From a virus (taxonomy: Duplodnaviria > Caudoviricetes), in the IMG/VR virus record IMGVR_UViG_2595698333_000001, positions 38,320-102,319 of that record: DNA of 64,000 nucleotides; one strand, 5' to 3'. The notes below the pieces were generated by a model. It made no database searches, had not been told where the DNA came from, and saw nothing but the letters and a program-made list of their open reading frames with translations. Position numbers and translations under genes: made by a program. Shown here piece by piece: positions 45,922-56,048 of the stretch. The stretch's first letter is position 1. The number at the start of each line of letters is the position of its first letter.

Positions 45922-47352
45922 ATGGTCACCTACGATATTACTGTTGGCGGGGCGCAAGTTGAGAACCTGTTCGAGGTCAAGACAGGACGTAGTGAGACGA
46001 AGAAGGTCGCCACTGCGGAAATCGTCGCCTCGAACACTGCGACTAATCGCTCGTTCGGTGCGGGTGAGGAGGTCATAATCAAGAAGAACGGGGCGACGGA
46101 GTTCAAAGGCGTCCTGATGGAGAAACCGACTGCGGGACGCGACGACCCGCGTATCACCATCAAGGCCTGGTCGAAGAAGGCAGAACTGAAGTTCGAGCAG
46201 GTCAATCGCACGTTCTACAACAAGGACACGGGGCAGGTCATCCGTGACGCCATCAACGACGAGGCCTTCGCTCTCAACGAAGACGACATCCACCGAGGCA
46301 GTTCGACGGCGAACTGGTCGTCGGACATCCCTGTGTTCCAACTCGCAGACATCTCGTCGCAGTCACTTCAGGAGCGCGGGAGCAACCTCATCTTCTGCGG
46401 GTGGCGTAAGGGCAACAGCGGAGATTACTACGCACAGTTCGACGTGGACACGAGCGACCTCGTAGGCGACGGACAACTCCTTCAGTTCAAGACGCGCCTC
46501 CTCGTTGCTGACCAAGGCGGTCAGTTCACGCTCGACATAGAACTGCGCGACGAGTTTGGGAATCAGTACGTCTGGGAAGACCTGACGACGCGCGGGCAGG
46601 ACTTCATCACTTACGAGCTCAACGCAGAGGACGCTTCCCCGGATGGTCAGGTGTCGTCCGACGCGACGCTTGAGTATCGCTTCGACATTAAGGGTGACCT
46701 GCCTGAGCCTCGTGCAGCAGCAATCGACTACGCGGCCGCGACGTTCTACGCGACCCAATCGAGAGGTGCGGACATCTCGCCGACTGACGTGCAGAACACG
46801 GGTCACGACATTATCCGCAGGTTCGACGGGAATATCCTGCAACTCCTGACGAAGCTCGAGACGGAGGACGACTACATCTCCTGGGTGGATGACAGCGACG
46901 TTCTCCACTACGCGGCGGCAGGGGACAAAACGGCGACGAAAGAAATCGACTACGATACGACGCCGGTGAGCAAGGCAGAGTTCAATCGGGACTACTCGCG
47001 TATCAAGAACAAGGTCACCGTGCAGGGGTCTGGGAACATCCAGGTCGTCCTGCGTGACGACGCGAGTATCAAGTTCTACGGCGTGTCCGCTCGACACGAA
47101 CCCATCACCGACCCTGACCTCGAAACGCGAGACGACGCTATCAAGCGGGGCAAAGGGTTCCTGAAGCAGAACGCATGGAACGACACGGCGATGAAGTTCG
47201 AGGTCGCTGACTCGTCGTTCGCGGAGGTGCAGGTAGGTGAGGCTATCCAAGTGACGTGGCCTCCCGAGAACATTAATGGAGAGTTCGTCGTAACTGACGT
47301 TGAAACAGATGAGTGGGGCTTCGTGACCCTCTCGGTGAGTGGAAATGTCTGA
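45922..47352 (+). CDS. baseplate hub / Tal-like protein
   Basis: IKNKVTVQG, DDASIKFYG motifs. Confidence 0.7.
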   Translation: MVTYDITVGGAQVENLFEVKTGRSETKKVATAEIVASNTATNRSFGAGEEVIIKKNGATEFKGVLMEKPTAGRDDPRITIKAWSKKAELKFEQVNRTFYNKDTGQVIRDAINDEAFALNEDDIHRGSSTANWSSDIPVFQLADISSQSLQERGSNLIFCGWRKGNSGDYYAQFDVDTSDLVGDGQLLQFKTRLLVADQGGQFTLDIELRDEFGNQYVWEDLTTRGQDFITYELNAEDASPDGQVSSDATLEYRFDIKGDLPEPRAAAIDYAAATFYATQSRGADISPTDVQNTGHDIIRRFDGNILQLLTKLETEDDYISWVDDSDVLHYAAAGDKTATKEIDYDTTPVSKAEFNRDYSRIKNKVTVQGSGNIQVVLRDDASIKFYGVSARHEPITDPDLETRDDAIKRGKGFLKQNAWNDTAMKFEVADSSFAEVQVGEAIQVTWPPENINGEFVVTDVETDEWGFVTLSVSGNV

Positions 47353-48184
47353 ACTGACAGAAGAAAAGAAGCTAATCTGGCTCGGGCTCAAACGCCCGCA
47401 GTCAGACACGTCGGTAGTGCATGAGGAACTGACGAAACTCCAGAACAACGTCGGTGACTTCAGTACGTTCCAGAACGACCTGGACGCCTACGACCTCGAT
47501 GGTGATGGGAACGACGAAGACATCTCGAACTACACGCAGTTCAAGACGTACCTCACCGACAACGGTTTCTCATCGACCGAAGCAGACACGTTCATCAATC
47601 GTATCCAGAACAACTTCACGGACGAGGACTCGTCGGGTTCGACCTACGACGAGTTTGAGTCCTACGTGGAGAATCAGGCCTCGACGTTCACCGAGCTCAA
47701 GAACGCCTTCAACAGTAACACGACCATCGGGACGGAGCAGGAGACGGATACCGGTGAGCAAACGGCCGGCATCAAGTTCTTCGAGAACGACGGGTACACG
47801 AAGGACGGAGTGTTCGCTCCTGCTGGTTCAACGGAAATCTTCGGAAACGAGATTCACCTGAGTCAGACGGGAGCTCCGTCCGCTGACTCGGCGGACATCA
47901 GTTACTCGAACCTCGCCATCTCTAATACGACGCCTGTCAGGTATGAGGAGATAGACATCTCCGCGGACATCACCAACAACGGGAGCCGGCGTGGGTCGGT
48001 GTTTGCTCCGCTCATCGAGGACGGGTCGGTCGTGTCTCGGAAGCGTGTCGAGATAGCAGCGGGGGCGACCGAAACGGTCACGTTCAAACGTCAGTATACT
48101 GAGTACGAGAGCATCGAGGTCACCATCAAGAACCTCCCCACTCAAACTGTCGTCGTTATCCCGGAGGGGCTCGCTATCCTATGA
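47345..48184 (+). CDS. tail protein with C-terminal Ig-like (CARDB-like) domain
   Basis: ISADITNNG...IAAGATETVTF. Confidence 0.65.
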   Translation: MSELTEEKKLIWLGLKRPQSDTSVVHEELTKLQNNVGDFSTFQNDLDAYDLDGDGNDEDISNYTQFKTYLTDNGFSSTEADTFINRIQNNFTDEDSSGSTYDEFESYVENQASTFTELKNAFNSNTTIGTEQETDTGEQTAGIKFFENDGYTKDGVFAPAGSTEIFGNEIHLSQTGAPSADSADISYSNLAISNTTPVRYEEIDISADITNNGSRRGSVFAPLIEDGSVVSRKRVEIAAGATETVTFKRQYTEYESIEVTIKNLPTQTVVVIPEGLAIL

Positions 48185-49173
48185 CGAAGAAAATTCAGGA
48201 CCAAGTCGCGGAGAACAGGAATCAGACGAGGCGTCTGGACGCGCAGTTCGTCAACGTCTCTACGCAGAACGACCGGAACCTCACGTTCACCAACAACTAC
48301 ATCGAGGTCGAGGTTCAGGTTGAGGTGTACCAGCGTGACCTCGGTCCGTCACTCATCTCCGGACACCCTGACCCGTCGCACGGTGCAGGTCGTGGGGAGG
48401 CGGGCGACCAGCGTACTGCATGGTCGCAGCAGTCGGTCACGGTATCGTCGGAAGTCCTGGTGCGTGGAGGACGTAACGCCGTCAGAGACGCGCTAGACGG
48501 GAGTACAGGCGCGGTCAATCAGATAGGTGTAGGTACGGGCAGTGACGACCCAGCATCCGGAGACACTGCGCTCACGTCGGAGACGACGAAGAACTTTTGC
48601 TGGGGGCAGAAGGACTCGGGTAACGTGACCCGTGCTCGTTCGTCTCCGTTCCTGTTCGCGGAGTACGGGGACACTGTGCAGGAGTTTGGTGTCTTCGACC
48701 AAGATGACCGTCTCCTCGAACGTTCAGTCCTGAGCAACCTGCTCGACCTGACGAACGAGAAGGAACTGCGCGTGGACGTAACCTTCACGTTCACCGGAGA
48801 TGCTATCGGAGACGCAGTTATCACCGACGATGGTGAAACAGCGCTTGCAGACAGCATCGCTTCCGTCGGGTCTGTTGTCGGGCTTAAGGAGGTGAACTAT
48901 GGTACTGGGACGACGCAACCGAGTGAGTCGGACACTGCGCTTGCGGCAGAGGAAATAGCGAAGGACTGTTTCCGTAACCTCGACGCCGAGCAGATTACAA
49001 CGCAGGCAAAACTGTTCGACAACGAACCGAATAGCCAGCCCGTGGACCTTACTGAGATTGGTGTGACGGACAACAACGACCGTCTCGTATACCGCACGCT
49101 CATCAAGTCGTTCGAGAAGAATTCTCAATTCGAGGTCAATACGACCATCGGGTTTATCATACAGTCGAAGTAA
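48181..49173 (+). CDS. tail fibre attachment/baseplate protein with internal duplication
   Basis: Two GTG...P...DTAL..E / E.GV.D..DRL units. Confidence 0.7.
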   Translation: MTKKIQDQVAENRNQTRRLDAQFVNVSTQNDRNLTFTNNYIEVEVQVEVYQRDLGPSLISGHPDPSHGAGRGEAGDQRTAWSQQSVTVSSEVLVRGGRNAVRDALDGSTGAVNQIGVGTGSDDPASGDTALTSETTKNFCWGQKDSGNVTRARSSPFLFAEYGDTVQEFGVFDQDDRLLERSVLSNLLDLTNEKELRVDVTFTFTGDAIGDAVITDDGETALADSIASVGSVVGLKEVNYGTGTTQPSESDTALAAEEIAKDCFRNLDAEQITTQAKLFDNEPNSQPVDLTEIGVTDNNDRLVYRTLIKSFEKNSQFEVNTTIGFIIQSK

Positions 49174-49186
49174 CTAACTACCAAGC

Positions 49187-50761
49187 ATGCCTTCGGCAGA
49201 GAACTTCGAGTGGCCGCAGGGGAATCCCCTTTTCGAGGTTCAGTGGAGGACGGTCACTGAATCTCTCGCGGGGAACGGAATCGTCAACAACGGTGACTTC
49301 GAGGTCACCGCGACTGCAACTGACATGGAGATTAGTGTCGCGGCAGGTACTGCGTTTTACATCGGGAGCAATTACAACCTCGGAGCCGCAGAGACGCACG
49401 TTCTGAGCGATGGAGACGCGAACGATGACCGATGGGACACCGTGTACTTCGACACGGGCACGTCGTCGTCTGGCGTCAGAGAAGGCACGCCTGCGGCGAA
49501 CCCGGAACCGCCAGACATCTCAGGCGGTGAACTTCTCCTTGCTATAGTGTACGTTCCAGCAGGTGCGACCAACATTTCAAACACGGAAATCCTGAACTGG
49601 CGAGCGAAGTTCTCGAACGAGGCCGAGGAGGTTCAATACGACGATACAACTGGGACATATGGTGTCAACAACGTGGACGCCGCGCTTGACGAGCTACAAG
49701 AGGCGGCCCAAATCACGGCCTATCCGTTTGCTCTCGGGACGGACACGGACATGGACGCCGCCGGCACGGACCTCGTGGACGGTGCCACCACGATTTGGGA
49801 CACGAGCGCCACCGAGGTGCCGCAAGCCCAACTCGGCGGCCCGGCCTCCTCGCTTTCCACGTATCCCCTCGCACCGGCCACGGACCTCAACATCAACGCC
49901 TATCCCTTTGCTCTCGCGGACCTTGCGAGTCCTTTCTCCCTCCCGAGTATCACGGACATGGACGCCGCGGGCAACGACTTGACGGACTCAACGGCCAGCA
50001 AGACTATATGGGACACCAGCGAGGGATACGTGCCTCGGCCCTCGGTTGATGACAAGCGGGAGGTGCGGACGGAGACCTCGGGCACGAGCAACACCACAAT
50101 CACCACCGCGGACGAGGAGATAATCCTCGTGGACACCGAGACCAACGCTATTGATTTTGACGTGACGTTGGCCTCCGCGGACGCCGTGAGCGGTAACACA
50201 ATCCGCGTGGTGGACGTGGGTGGCGGCGCTCAAGACAACCCAATCACAATCTCCACCGAGGGGAGCGAGACAATCAACGGTGCCAGCACGGACCTCATTA
50301 GCGAAAACTATGGTGCGCTCACCTTGACGTGGGGTGGGGGCGAGTGGTCCGTCACCGGCTCCGTCACCAGCGGTGCTGGCGTGGCTTCCGAGGAGGACTT
50401 TAGTGGAGCCGAGACCGGACAAGTGGCCGCCTCGTCACAAGGGGTGCTTATTGTCTCCTCGCTTGAGCCGGACGAGACCGTTGAGGTGTATCGGGCCGTC
50501 CTCACCACGGACACCGTGGAGGCCGTGGCCACCGGCGTGGACCTCAAACTCGTCACGTTTGACAACGCTGGCGGATATACCACGCAATCCACGCTTATCA
50601 CCGGAGACGGTGCCACGGTGTTTGATGACGAGACCGGCGCACCGCTGGCCTCTTACACCAACGCCGGCACCGCCGCGGAAAGTATCGGCGTGATTGTGGA
50701 CAATACGCTCACCTCGGCGGTGGACATTGTGAGTGACGTGGAGGGGGCCACGGGCCGATGA
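49187..50761 (+). CDS. tail fibre protein (chimeric)
   Basis: MEISVAAG..RWD.V..GTP...P.PP N-terminal fibre motif; YPxAL/DMDAAG repeats. Confidence 0.75.
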   Translation: MPSAENFEWPQGNPLFEVQWRTVTESLAGNGIVNNGDFEVTATATDMEISVAAGTAFYIGSNYNLGAAETHVLSDGDANDDRWDTVYFDTGTSSSGVREGTPAANPEPPDISGGELLLAIVYVPAGATNISNTEILNWRAKFSNEAEEVQYDDTTGTYGVNNVDAALDELQEAAQITAYPFALGTDTDMDAAGTDLVDGATTIWDTSATEVPQAQLGGPASSLSTYPLAPATDLNINAYPFALADLASPFSLPSITDMDAAGNDLTDSTASKTIWDTSEGYVPRPSVDDKREVRTETSGTSNTTITTADEEIILVDTETNAIDFDVTLASADAVSGNTIRVVDVGGGAQDNPITISTEGSETINGASTDLISENYGALTLTWGGGEWSVTGSVTSGAGVASEEDFSGAETGQVAASSQGVLIVSSLEPDETVEVYRAVLTTDTVEAVATGVDLKLVTFDNAGGYTTQSTLITGDGATVFDDETGAPLASYTNAGTAAESIGVIVDNTLTSAVDIVSDVEGATGR

Positions 50762-51861
50762 CGCTTGATAAGATTGGAGACATAGCCAACCCCACATTAA
50801 CGGACCTCACCACCACCGCACTTACGTGGGGGACGGCAAGCGATTGGGACGGTGCCGCGGACGAGGCCGGCGTGGTCCATGAGGCGTTTGGTCCATATCC
50901 AGCGGCGGACCAAATCCAACTCGGGTATCCCTCGTTTGACCGTGGCGGCTCCGGTGAAGTCCTCTATTGGACGCTTGACGAGGCCAGCGGAGACGCCATT
51001 GACCACTTTAACTCCAATGACGGCACCGTGAGCGGATTTACCCGAGGCGGCACCGGCTTACACAATGGTGATTGTATGATTGCGGACTCAGATAGTGACG
51101 AGGTGGAGGCTTCAAATTCTGCCTCTATGGATTGGGAGACCACCAATGAGATAACCATAGCAATATGGTATAGGCCCGCCACCGGCTCAAGTTCTAATTA
51201 CCCGCGGTTGTGCCCTCGGGATGACCAAGAGGGAGGCACGGCTCAAGTGTGGCAATTACTCTATGATGACTCATCAAGTCAATACGGGTGGCGGGTTTGG
51301 GCAAGTAACTCCCCCGCGGGAGACATTAACGTAACGAGCGTTAATTTTGGCTCATGGGACTTTGTTTGTGGCCGTTGGGACGGGAGCGACGTGATTCTTG
51401 ACGTAAATGGCACAAAATATGCGTTGTCAAGTCCGGGTGGCTCTCTCCCGTCCAATAGTGAGCCTTTCCAAATCGGGTTTTCCGACAACGGAGCCGCCGC
51501 CTTTGGCCGCTATGGCATGGTCCGGGCCTATGACCGTGCCTTATCGGACGCCGAGGTGACGGCGTTGTATGATGCCGGCACGGGTGGGTATCTTGAAAGT
51601 GCAACCAAATCCGTGGGGTCTCAAATCCAACCCGATATAACGGACGTGCAATATACGCTCAACGGAGAGTCCATTGACCTTAAAGTAATTGGGTCTCCGG
51701 GCACGGCCAGCGAGGAGATTGTTACACAATCGCTCACGGGTGCCGCCTCATATACGCTTACGTGGTCCAACTCCCATAGTGATTTTAGGGTCCGACCGGA
51801 GTTTAGCACCAGCACGGTGGAGACATCACCGATATTTAATAGCGTGACAATAGAGGCATAA
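50758..51861 (+). CDS. LamG/concanavalin A-like adhesin
   Basis: YWTLDEASG, TIAIW, W.FVCGRWDG, RAYDRALSDAEV.ALY. Confidence 0.85.
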   Translation: MTLDKIGDIANPTLTDLTTTALTWGTASDWDGAADEAGVVHEAFGPYPAADQIQLGYPSFDRGGSGEVLYWTLDEASGDAIDHFNSNDGTVSGFTRGGTGLHNGDCMIADSDSDEVEASNSASMDWETTNEITIAIWYRPATGSSSNYPRLCPRDDQEGGTAQVWQLLYDDSSSQYGWRVWASNSPAGDINVTSVNFGSWDFVCGRWDGSDVILDVNGTKYALSSPGGSLPSNSEPFQIGFSDNGAAAFGRYGMVRAYDRALSDAEVTALYDAGTGGYLESATKSVGSQIQPDITDVQYTLNGESIDLKVIGSPGTASEEIVTQSLTGAASYTLTWSNSHSDFRVRPEFSTSTVETSPIFNSVTIEA

Positions 51862-51862
51862 T

Positions 51863-52624
51863 ATGGTCAAGTCCACGTTTACTTTTGAGGAAGGCGAGGC
51901 CATTGACGTTGGTGGGCATGGAGAGCACGATTATGTCTTTGAGTCCGGTGAGCCGGTCACGGACTCGGGCATCTCCTCGCTGGTGTTTGAGTCCGGCACG
52001 GGCCTCGGTGGTGGTCAATTGCAATATGAGATAAACGGTGGTGGTCTCAACACGCTTGAAACAATCAAGACGGCGGAACCGCATTACAAATTTTATGACG
52101 CCGATTTAACGGATAACAACTTTGACGGCTCGCAAACCGTTGAGGCGGACCACGGGTATTTCTATGACGCACGGACGTTGACGGTGCTGGCACATGAAAA
52201 CACCAACACCGGCTCCATAGCAATTATTTTCACTTATGCGGAGCCAACCACGCCCATTGACGAGGAATATGATAATCAGGTTGACTTTAGTACGAGCGTG
52301 AGCGTGCCAACTTATGCCGCGGTATGGGACGGTGAGGCAAATGACGAGTCCATTGGTGACGTGTTTGAGAGCACTCGTGCGAAAAACGGCGTGAGTATCG
52401 GAACCACGGACGGGTTTGGTCTTATCACCGATGGATTTTCAGATATAACGTTTACTTGCAATCCCGATGTGAGCCACCCGAAAGTTGGTGATGACCAATT
52501 GGAGGTTGACCCCGAGGGGTGGCGACTCATTACCGAGGAGGGGCCGCCACCGGACGGTGGTGCGTATGAGTGGATAGACCAATCTTCAAGCATGGCCGGC
52601 TCTCTCCGCATAGTCTCCTCATAG
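51863..52624 (+). CDS. putative receptor-binding/structural protein
   Basis: Repeated FE(S/E)G N-terminus; end of tail operon. Confidence 0.6.
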   Translation: MVKSTFTFEEGEAIDVGGHGEHDYVFESGEPVTDSGISSLVFESGTGLGGGQLQYEINGGGLNTLETIKTAEPHYKFYDADLTDNNFDGSQTVEADHGYFYDARTLTVLAHENTNTGSIAIIFTYAEPTTPIDEEYDNQVDFSTSVSVPTYAAVWDGEANDESIGDVFESTRAKNGVSIGTTDGFGLITDGFSDITFTCNPDVSHPKVGDDQLEVDPEGWRLITEEGPPPDGGAYEWIDQSSSMAGSLRIVSS

Positions 52625-52679
52625 GTATCCCGGTGTCCGTGAGCTGGATTTATCGTGGAGCGCCATTTGGACCTAACTA

Positions 52680-52820
52680 ATGGTTGAGACGTGGCAAGTT
52701 GTCGTGCTGGCCTCGGGTATCCTTGTCACGGTGCTCTCGCTCTATGGTGCCATAATCAAAGTCGTGTATGACGCCGTGGGCATGAGTCGCGGGACGTTTT
52801 TCCTCGGACGGGTCGTATGA
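52680..52820 (+). CDS. small membrane protein (46 aa), possibly a holin-like remnant
   Basis: Own translation: MVETWQVVVLASGILVTVLSLYGAIIKVVYD... Confidence 0.45.
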   Translation: MVETWQVVVLASGILVTVLSLYGAIIKVVYDAVGMSRGTFFLGRVV

Positions 52821-52999
52821 CAAGACGCCGCATGGCGGGACTAACCCACACCGATGGCGGCGGAGCTCGATTTCTCAGCATTCTCTCGGCGAAGGTCAGG
52901 CTCAGGTATCCTCGTGATGCCATCCCCGACTGGACCATCAAGGATTGGTTTTAGCTCGCTCGACGACGACCTGCGGTAGACTTCACCCCACGCGGGATT

Positions 53000-53197
53000 T
53001 TATTGGACGACGAGTATGAGAATGAGCAGCGCTACGTACCGCGTCCCGCTACCGAGTAGGTATCCTGCACGCCAGTAGTGTTTCTCCTTCTCGTACTCGT
53101 TCTTCCTCGACCCCTCGACGACTCCTTTGTAGTACCCGTTGACGAACGCATGCCACTCACGGTACGTCAGGTCCCGTAGAATGGGCAGACGCACCAT
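53000..53197 (-). CDS. small protein with C-terminal TM
   Basis: TYREWHAFVNG...KHYWRAGYLLG plus hydrophobic end. Confidence 0.6.
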   Translation of the reverse strand: MVRLPILRDLTYREWHAFVNGYYKGVVEGSRKNEYEKEKHYWRAGYLLGSGTRYVALLILILVVQ

Positions 53198-53207
53198 CGT
53201 ATCGGAT

Positions 53208-53567
53208 TCACTCGTCATCCACTACCTTCACCCCGTCCTCGTCAGTCAGTTCCGTCTGTGCCTCAGAGAACTCGTCAGCGGCGTTCTGTATCGCCTCGAC
53301 ATACTCTTCCGCGTGCCCGTCCGATTGACACTCAGGACACGAATTGACTGGGCAGAAGTCACGGAGCGTCAGCTTCCCGCACGAACGACAGTGAGCGCAC
53401 TGCGGATGCTCGTCGAGGTCCTCCGGGTCCTTCGAGTGACGGAAGATGACTTGCACGCAGTCGGCACAGAAGTATCGTCGCATGCCGTCGCTCATGTGAA
53501 CCCAGGTGGTAGCGTCGTCGTTACAATCCCAGCAGTTTGAGTCGAGGTCGCCTCGTTCGAGGTCCAT
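53208..53567 (-). CDS. Cys-rich zinc-binding protein
   Basis: Multiple CxxC. Confidence 0.65.
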   Translation of the reverse strand: MDLERGDLDSNCWDCNDDATTWVHMSDGMRRYFCADCVQVIFRHSKDPEDLDEHPQCAHCRSCGKLTLRDFCPVNSCPECQSDGHAEEYVEAIQNAADEFSEAQTELTDEDGVKVVDDE

Positions 53568-53569
53568 CG

Positions 53570-54196
53570 TTATTTCCACTTGTACTCGTAACCCGGTAAA
53601 GGTTCGCCCATGTATTCCCAGAGTGTTTCAGAATCTTCGACGTTCCAGTGAGCTCCGTGTTCTGTCCAGTTACTCGGTGTAGGCAGGTCAACGTTTTCAA
53701 AGTATCCTTCGACTTTCTCAGTGTTTTGTCTTTCGTTCGCTATTGAAATAGAGATATGGTCGTTGGACCCGTGTTTGCTGTATGACCCATCTCCGATGAA
53801 GAGGTGCTTGAGAACAGTCGGGGTGAGAGATATATCTTCAGGCCATGTTTTCTTTCCTGAAGAGTACCACTGTCCGAGTTCTTTAAGTTGTACGTGAGAC
53901 TTCGTCGTCCAATTATACATATCGTTAGCTCTACCCGATTTTTCTTTGTAGAGGTATGGTTCGTTGCTCAGAACACCAAACTGCTTTTTCAGGTGGTTAA
54001 GATACCTATCGTTCGTCGTTTTGAGTACCAAAAGAGGTGTTCCTGACCTGTCTATGTGCCCGTCACTCATTAAGATGCCAGTCAGTATATCCATCTGCTT
54101 CTCTGTGAAATTTGGTCGGTGTTGTGGGTTGTGCGACCAGTGTCTCCCTATGCGTTCAAATCGTTTACCGCAGGTTGGGCATGAGTCAGCACTCAT
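53570..54196 (-). CDS. LAGLIDADG homing endonuclease
   Basis: ILTGILMSDG and LFIGDG; ends PGYEYKW. Confidence 0.82.
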   Translation of the reverse strand: MSADSCPTCGKRFERIGRHWSHNPQHRPNFTEKQMDILTGILMSDGHIDRSGTPLLVLKTTNDRYLNHLKKQFGVLSNEPYLYKEKSGRANDMYNWTTKSHVQLKELGQWYSSGKKTWPEDISLTPTVLKHLFIGDGSYSKHGSNDHISISIANERQNTEKVEGYFENVDLPTPSNWTEHGAHWNVEDSETLWEYMGEPLPGYEYKWK

Positions 54197-54236
54197 ACAT
54201 CAACTTAACAGTGCGAGGTACAAATACGTTCGTCCG

Positions 54237-54270
54237 TTCACTTTCACCTCGCTCCTCAGATTTATGCGAG
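54237..54270 (+). promoter_or_regulatory. class-2 promoter motif
   Basis: ACTTTCACCTCGCTCCTCAGATTTATGCG; matches 31353 and 56532. Confidence 0.6.
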
Positions 54271-54309
54271 CGCCTGACGAAGTGACAGGTGGAGGACCAA
54301 CAGGAAACG

Positions 54310-54471
54310 ATGGAATCACTCACCGACGAACCGATGGTCGACCTCGACGTGGACCCGGACACGGGAGAGTTCAGCATCCTCACGGGTGACGAGCTCCTTC
54401 GTGCCCGCTACACTCGGTGGTCGGACAACGACTACGGCGAACAGTTCTGGGACGCGAGGTGTCCTGCATGA
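54310..54471 (+). CDS. FWD-tail microprotein
   Basis: Ends RWSDNDYGEQFWDARCPA. Confidence 0.65.
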   Translation: MESLTDEPMVDLDVDPDTGEFSILTGDELLRARYTRWSDNDYGEQFWDARCPA

Positions 54472-54896
54472 CGCGACTCGTCCTCAGCACAGATGCCTCT
54501 GTGCTCACGAACGGGTCGGTCGGCATCGGGTACATCGTCGAGCGTGTCAGAGACGACGGAGAGCAGGTCGAGATGCTCGTCAAGGAGTGCGAGGATGTTT
54601 CCCCCGACCGACTGGGAAACCACTCAGAGACAGTGCACGAGGCGGAGTACATCGCTGTCGTCCGTGGAGTCGAAGCTGCACGCGAACATCTCGACGACGA
54701 GCGCCTCGTCATCCGGTGCGACAACGGAAACATCGTCTCCCGCGTGAAGGCAGGAAAGGGAATCGGAGACGAGCGTCAGGAGCGTCTCGAACACCACCTG
54801 GAGAATATCGACTGGGAGATTCGAGACATCCCACGTATCCTCAACTCACTCGCTGATTCGCTCTCCAAGCAGGCGTCTCGTGGGAAAGTCCGATAA
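54468..54896 (+). CDS. rnhA: ribonuclease HI-like protein
   Basis: TDAS, AEY.A, RCDN, PR..N..AD.L. Confidence 0.8.
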   Translation: MTRLVLSTDASVLTNGSVGIGYIVERVRDDGEQVEMLVKECEDVSPDRLGNHSETVHEAEYIAVVRGVEAAREHLDDERLVIRCDNGNIVSRVKAGKGIGDERQERLEHHLENIDWEIRDIPRILNSLADSLSKQASRGKVR

Positions 54897-54908
54897 TTCC
54901 CCGGGCCG

Positions 54909-55138
54909 ATACTTTTATGGTACCGGGCGTTGTGAGTATTGGTCAGATATTTCTCCGGAGCATTTATATCCATCCTTTTAGTTTTCGTCCAGGTGTGATA
55001 CATCCTACCTGGCAAGGAATCGCTTAGACGGCAAGTCTCTTGGTTTGAGAAAGTCCGTGCAGAATCGTTCAGTTTCACCCCGGTACATACTTTTACCATC
55101 TCGGGGGTCATGCGTTGATACGCGGAGGAAGAAGAGAA
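54909..55138 (+). promoter_or_regulatory. tandem promoter unit, copy 2
   Basis: 25/26 nt identity to the reverse complement of 3164-3189; TTATATCCnTCCTTTT; second ATACTTTTA; GCGGAGGAAGAA SD. Confidence 0.7.
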
Positions 55139-55975
55139 ATGGAGTACGAAACCCCCGACGTTGGCAGCATGGTGCGGTACGAATATGACCAGGACCCGGA
55201 GAGCGAGTACGGAGTTGCGCGTGGACGCGGTGAGGTCATGGGCGCGCTTGATGAGGTGGTGGACGTTGACGACAACGGACGCACCGTCAAGATAGACCTC
55301 GAAGCGGAGATGGTGACCATCATCCGTGAGCGTCCGCGTGGTGACACCGACGAGTACGAGTACCCGCTCACCTCGTTCAAGCAGGAGGAGGTCAGCGACC
55401 ACCTCATCCGCGAAGACGACCTGTACGACAACGCGGAGAAGTACACCGACGAGCTCGACGACGTGCAGGGAGCAATCGCTCGCGCCAACGCGGCAATCGG
55501 AGTCGTTCACCGCGAGAGCGATGCTGACTTCATCAGTCAGTACGACGCCTGGAAGGCGGCGGATGTGTACGAGAACGGCATCCAGCAGCGTCTCGACGCT
55601 CACAACGAGAGCGACTACGGTGTGTCCGACCGCGCGACCATCGTCTTCCCGAGTGACGCGCTCGCCTACATCTGGGTCGAGGAAATCTGTGGTCAGATTT
55701 CCGACGGCGCGTGGGAGAATCAGGTCCGTGACTGGGAGCAGTACTACGGAGCGAAGGTCGAAGTCGACGAGGACCTCCGGAACGTTCGCGTTGACGGCGA
55801 CCTGCCCACGCTCGACTTCCGCGGTGAGCTGATGAAGTACGAGGGTCTCGCGGGGCGCATGATGTTCTACGTCGTCGCCTCGGGCGTCAACGAGGACCTG
55901 ACCCGTGCTGACCTGGACGAGCTCATCACCATGCGTCTCCAGAACGGATTCGCTGATTCCCGCGTCAAGGCGTAG
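55139..55975 (+). CDS. hypothetical early protein
   Basis: Strong SD; contains EICGQISDGAWEN motif. Confidence 0.8.
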   Translation: MEYETPDVGSMVRYEYDQDPESEYGVARGRGEVMGALDEVVDVDDNGRTVKIDLEAEMVTIIRERPRGDTDEYEYPLTSFKQEEVSDHLIREDDLYDNAEKYTDELDDVQGAIARANAAIGVVHRESDADFISQYDAWKAADVYENGIQQRLDAHNESDYGVSDRATIVFPSDALAYIWVEEICGQISDGAWENQVRDWEQYYGAKVEVDEDLRNVRVDGDLPTLDFRGELMKYEGLAGRMMFYVVASGVNEDLTRADLDELITMRLQNGFADSRVKA

Positions 55976-56048
55976 ACGGCAGGCGGTTTTTCTTTTAACG
56001 GTTCACTGTTCCCATCAGATTTATTTGAGCGTAACTGCTTTTGTGTGT

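Noticed and set aside
52980-53008. Partial resemblance to a haloarchaeal type I-B CRISPR repeat (CCCGCGTGGGGTGAAG on the minus strand), suggesting a solitary repeat
   Set aside because: Single copy, only the 3' half is similar, it overlaps a stop codon, and TTCACCCC also occurs upstream of promoters near 4086 and 55074.
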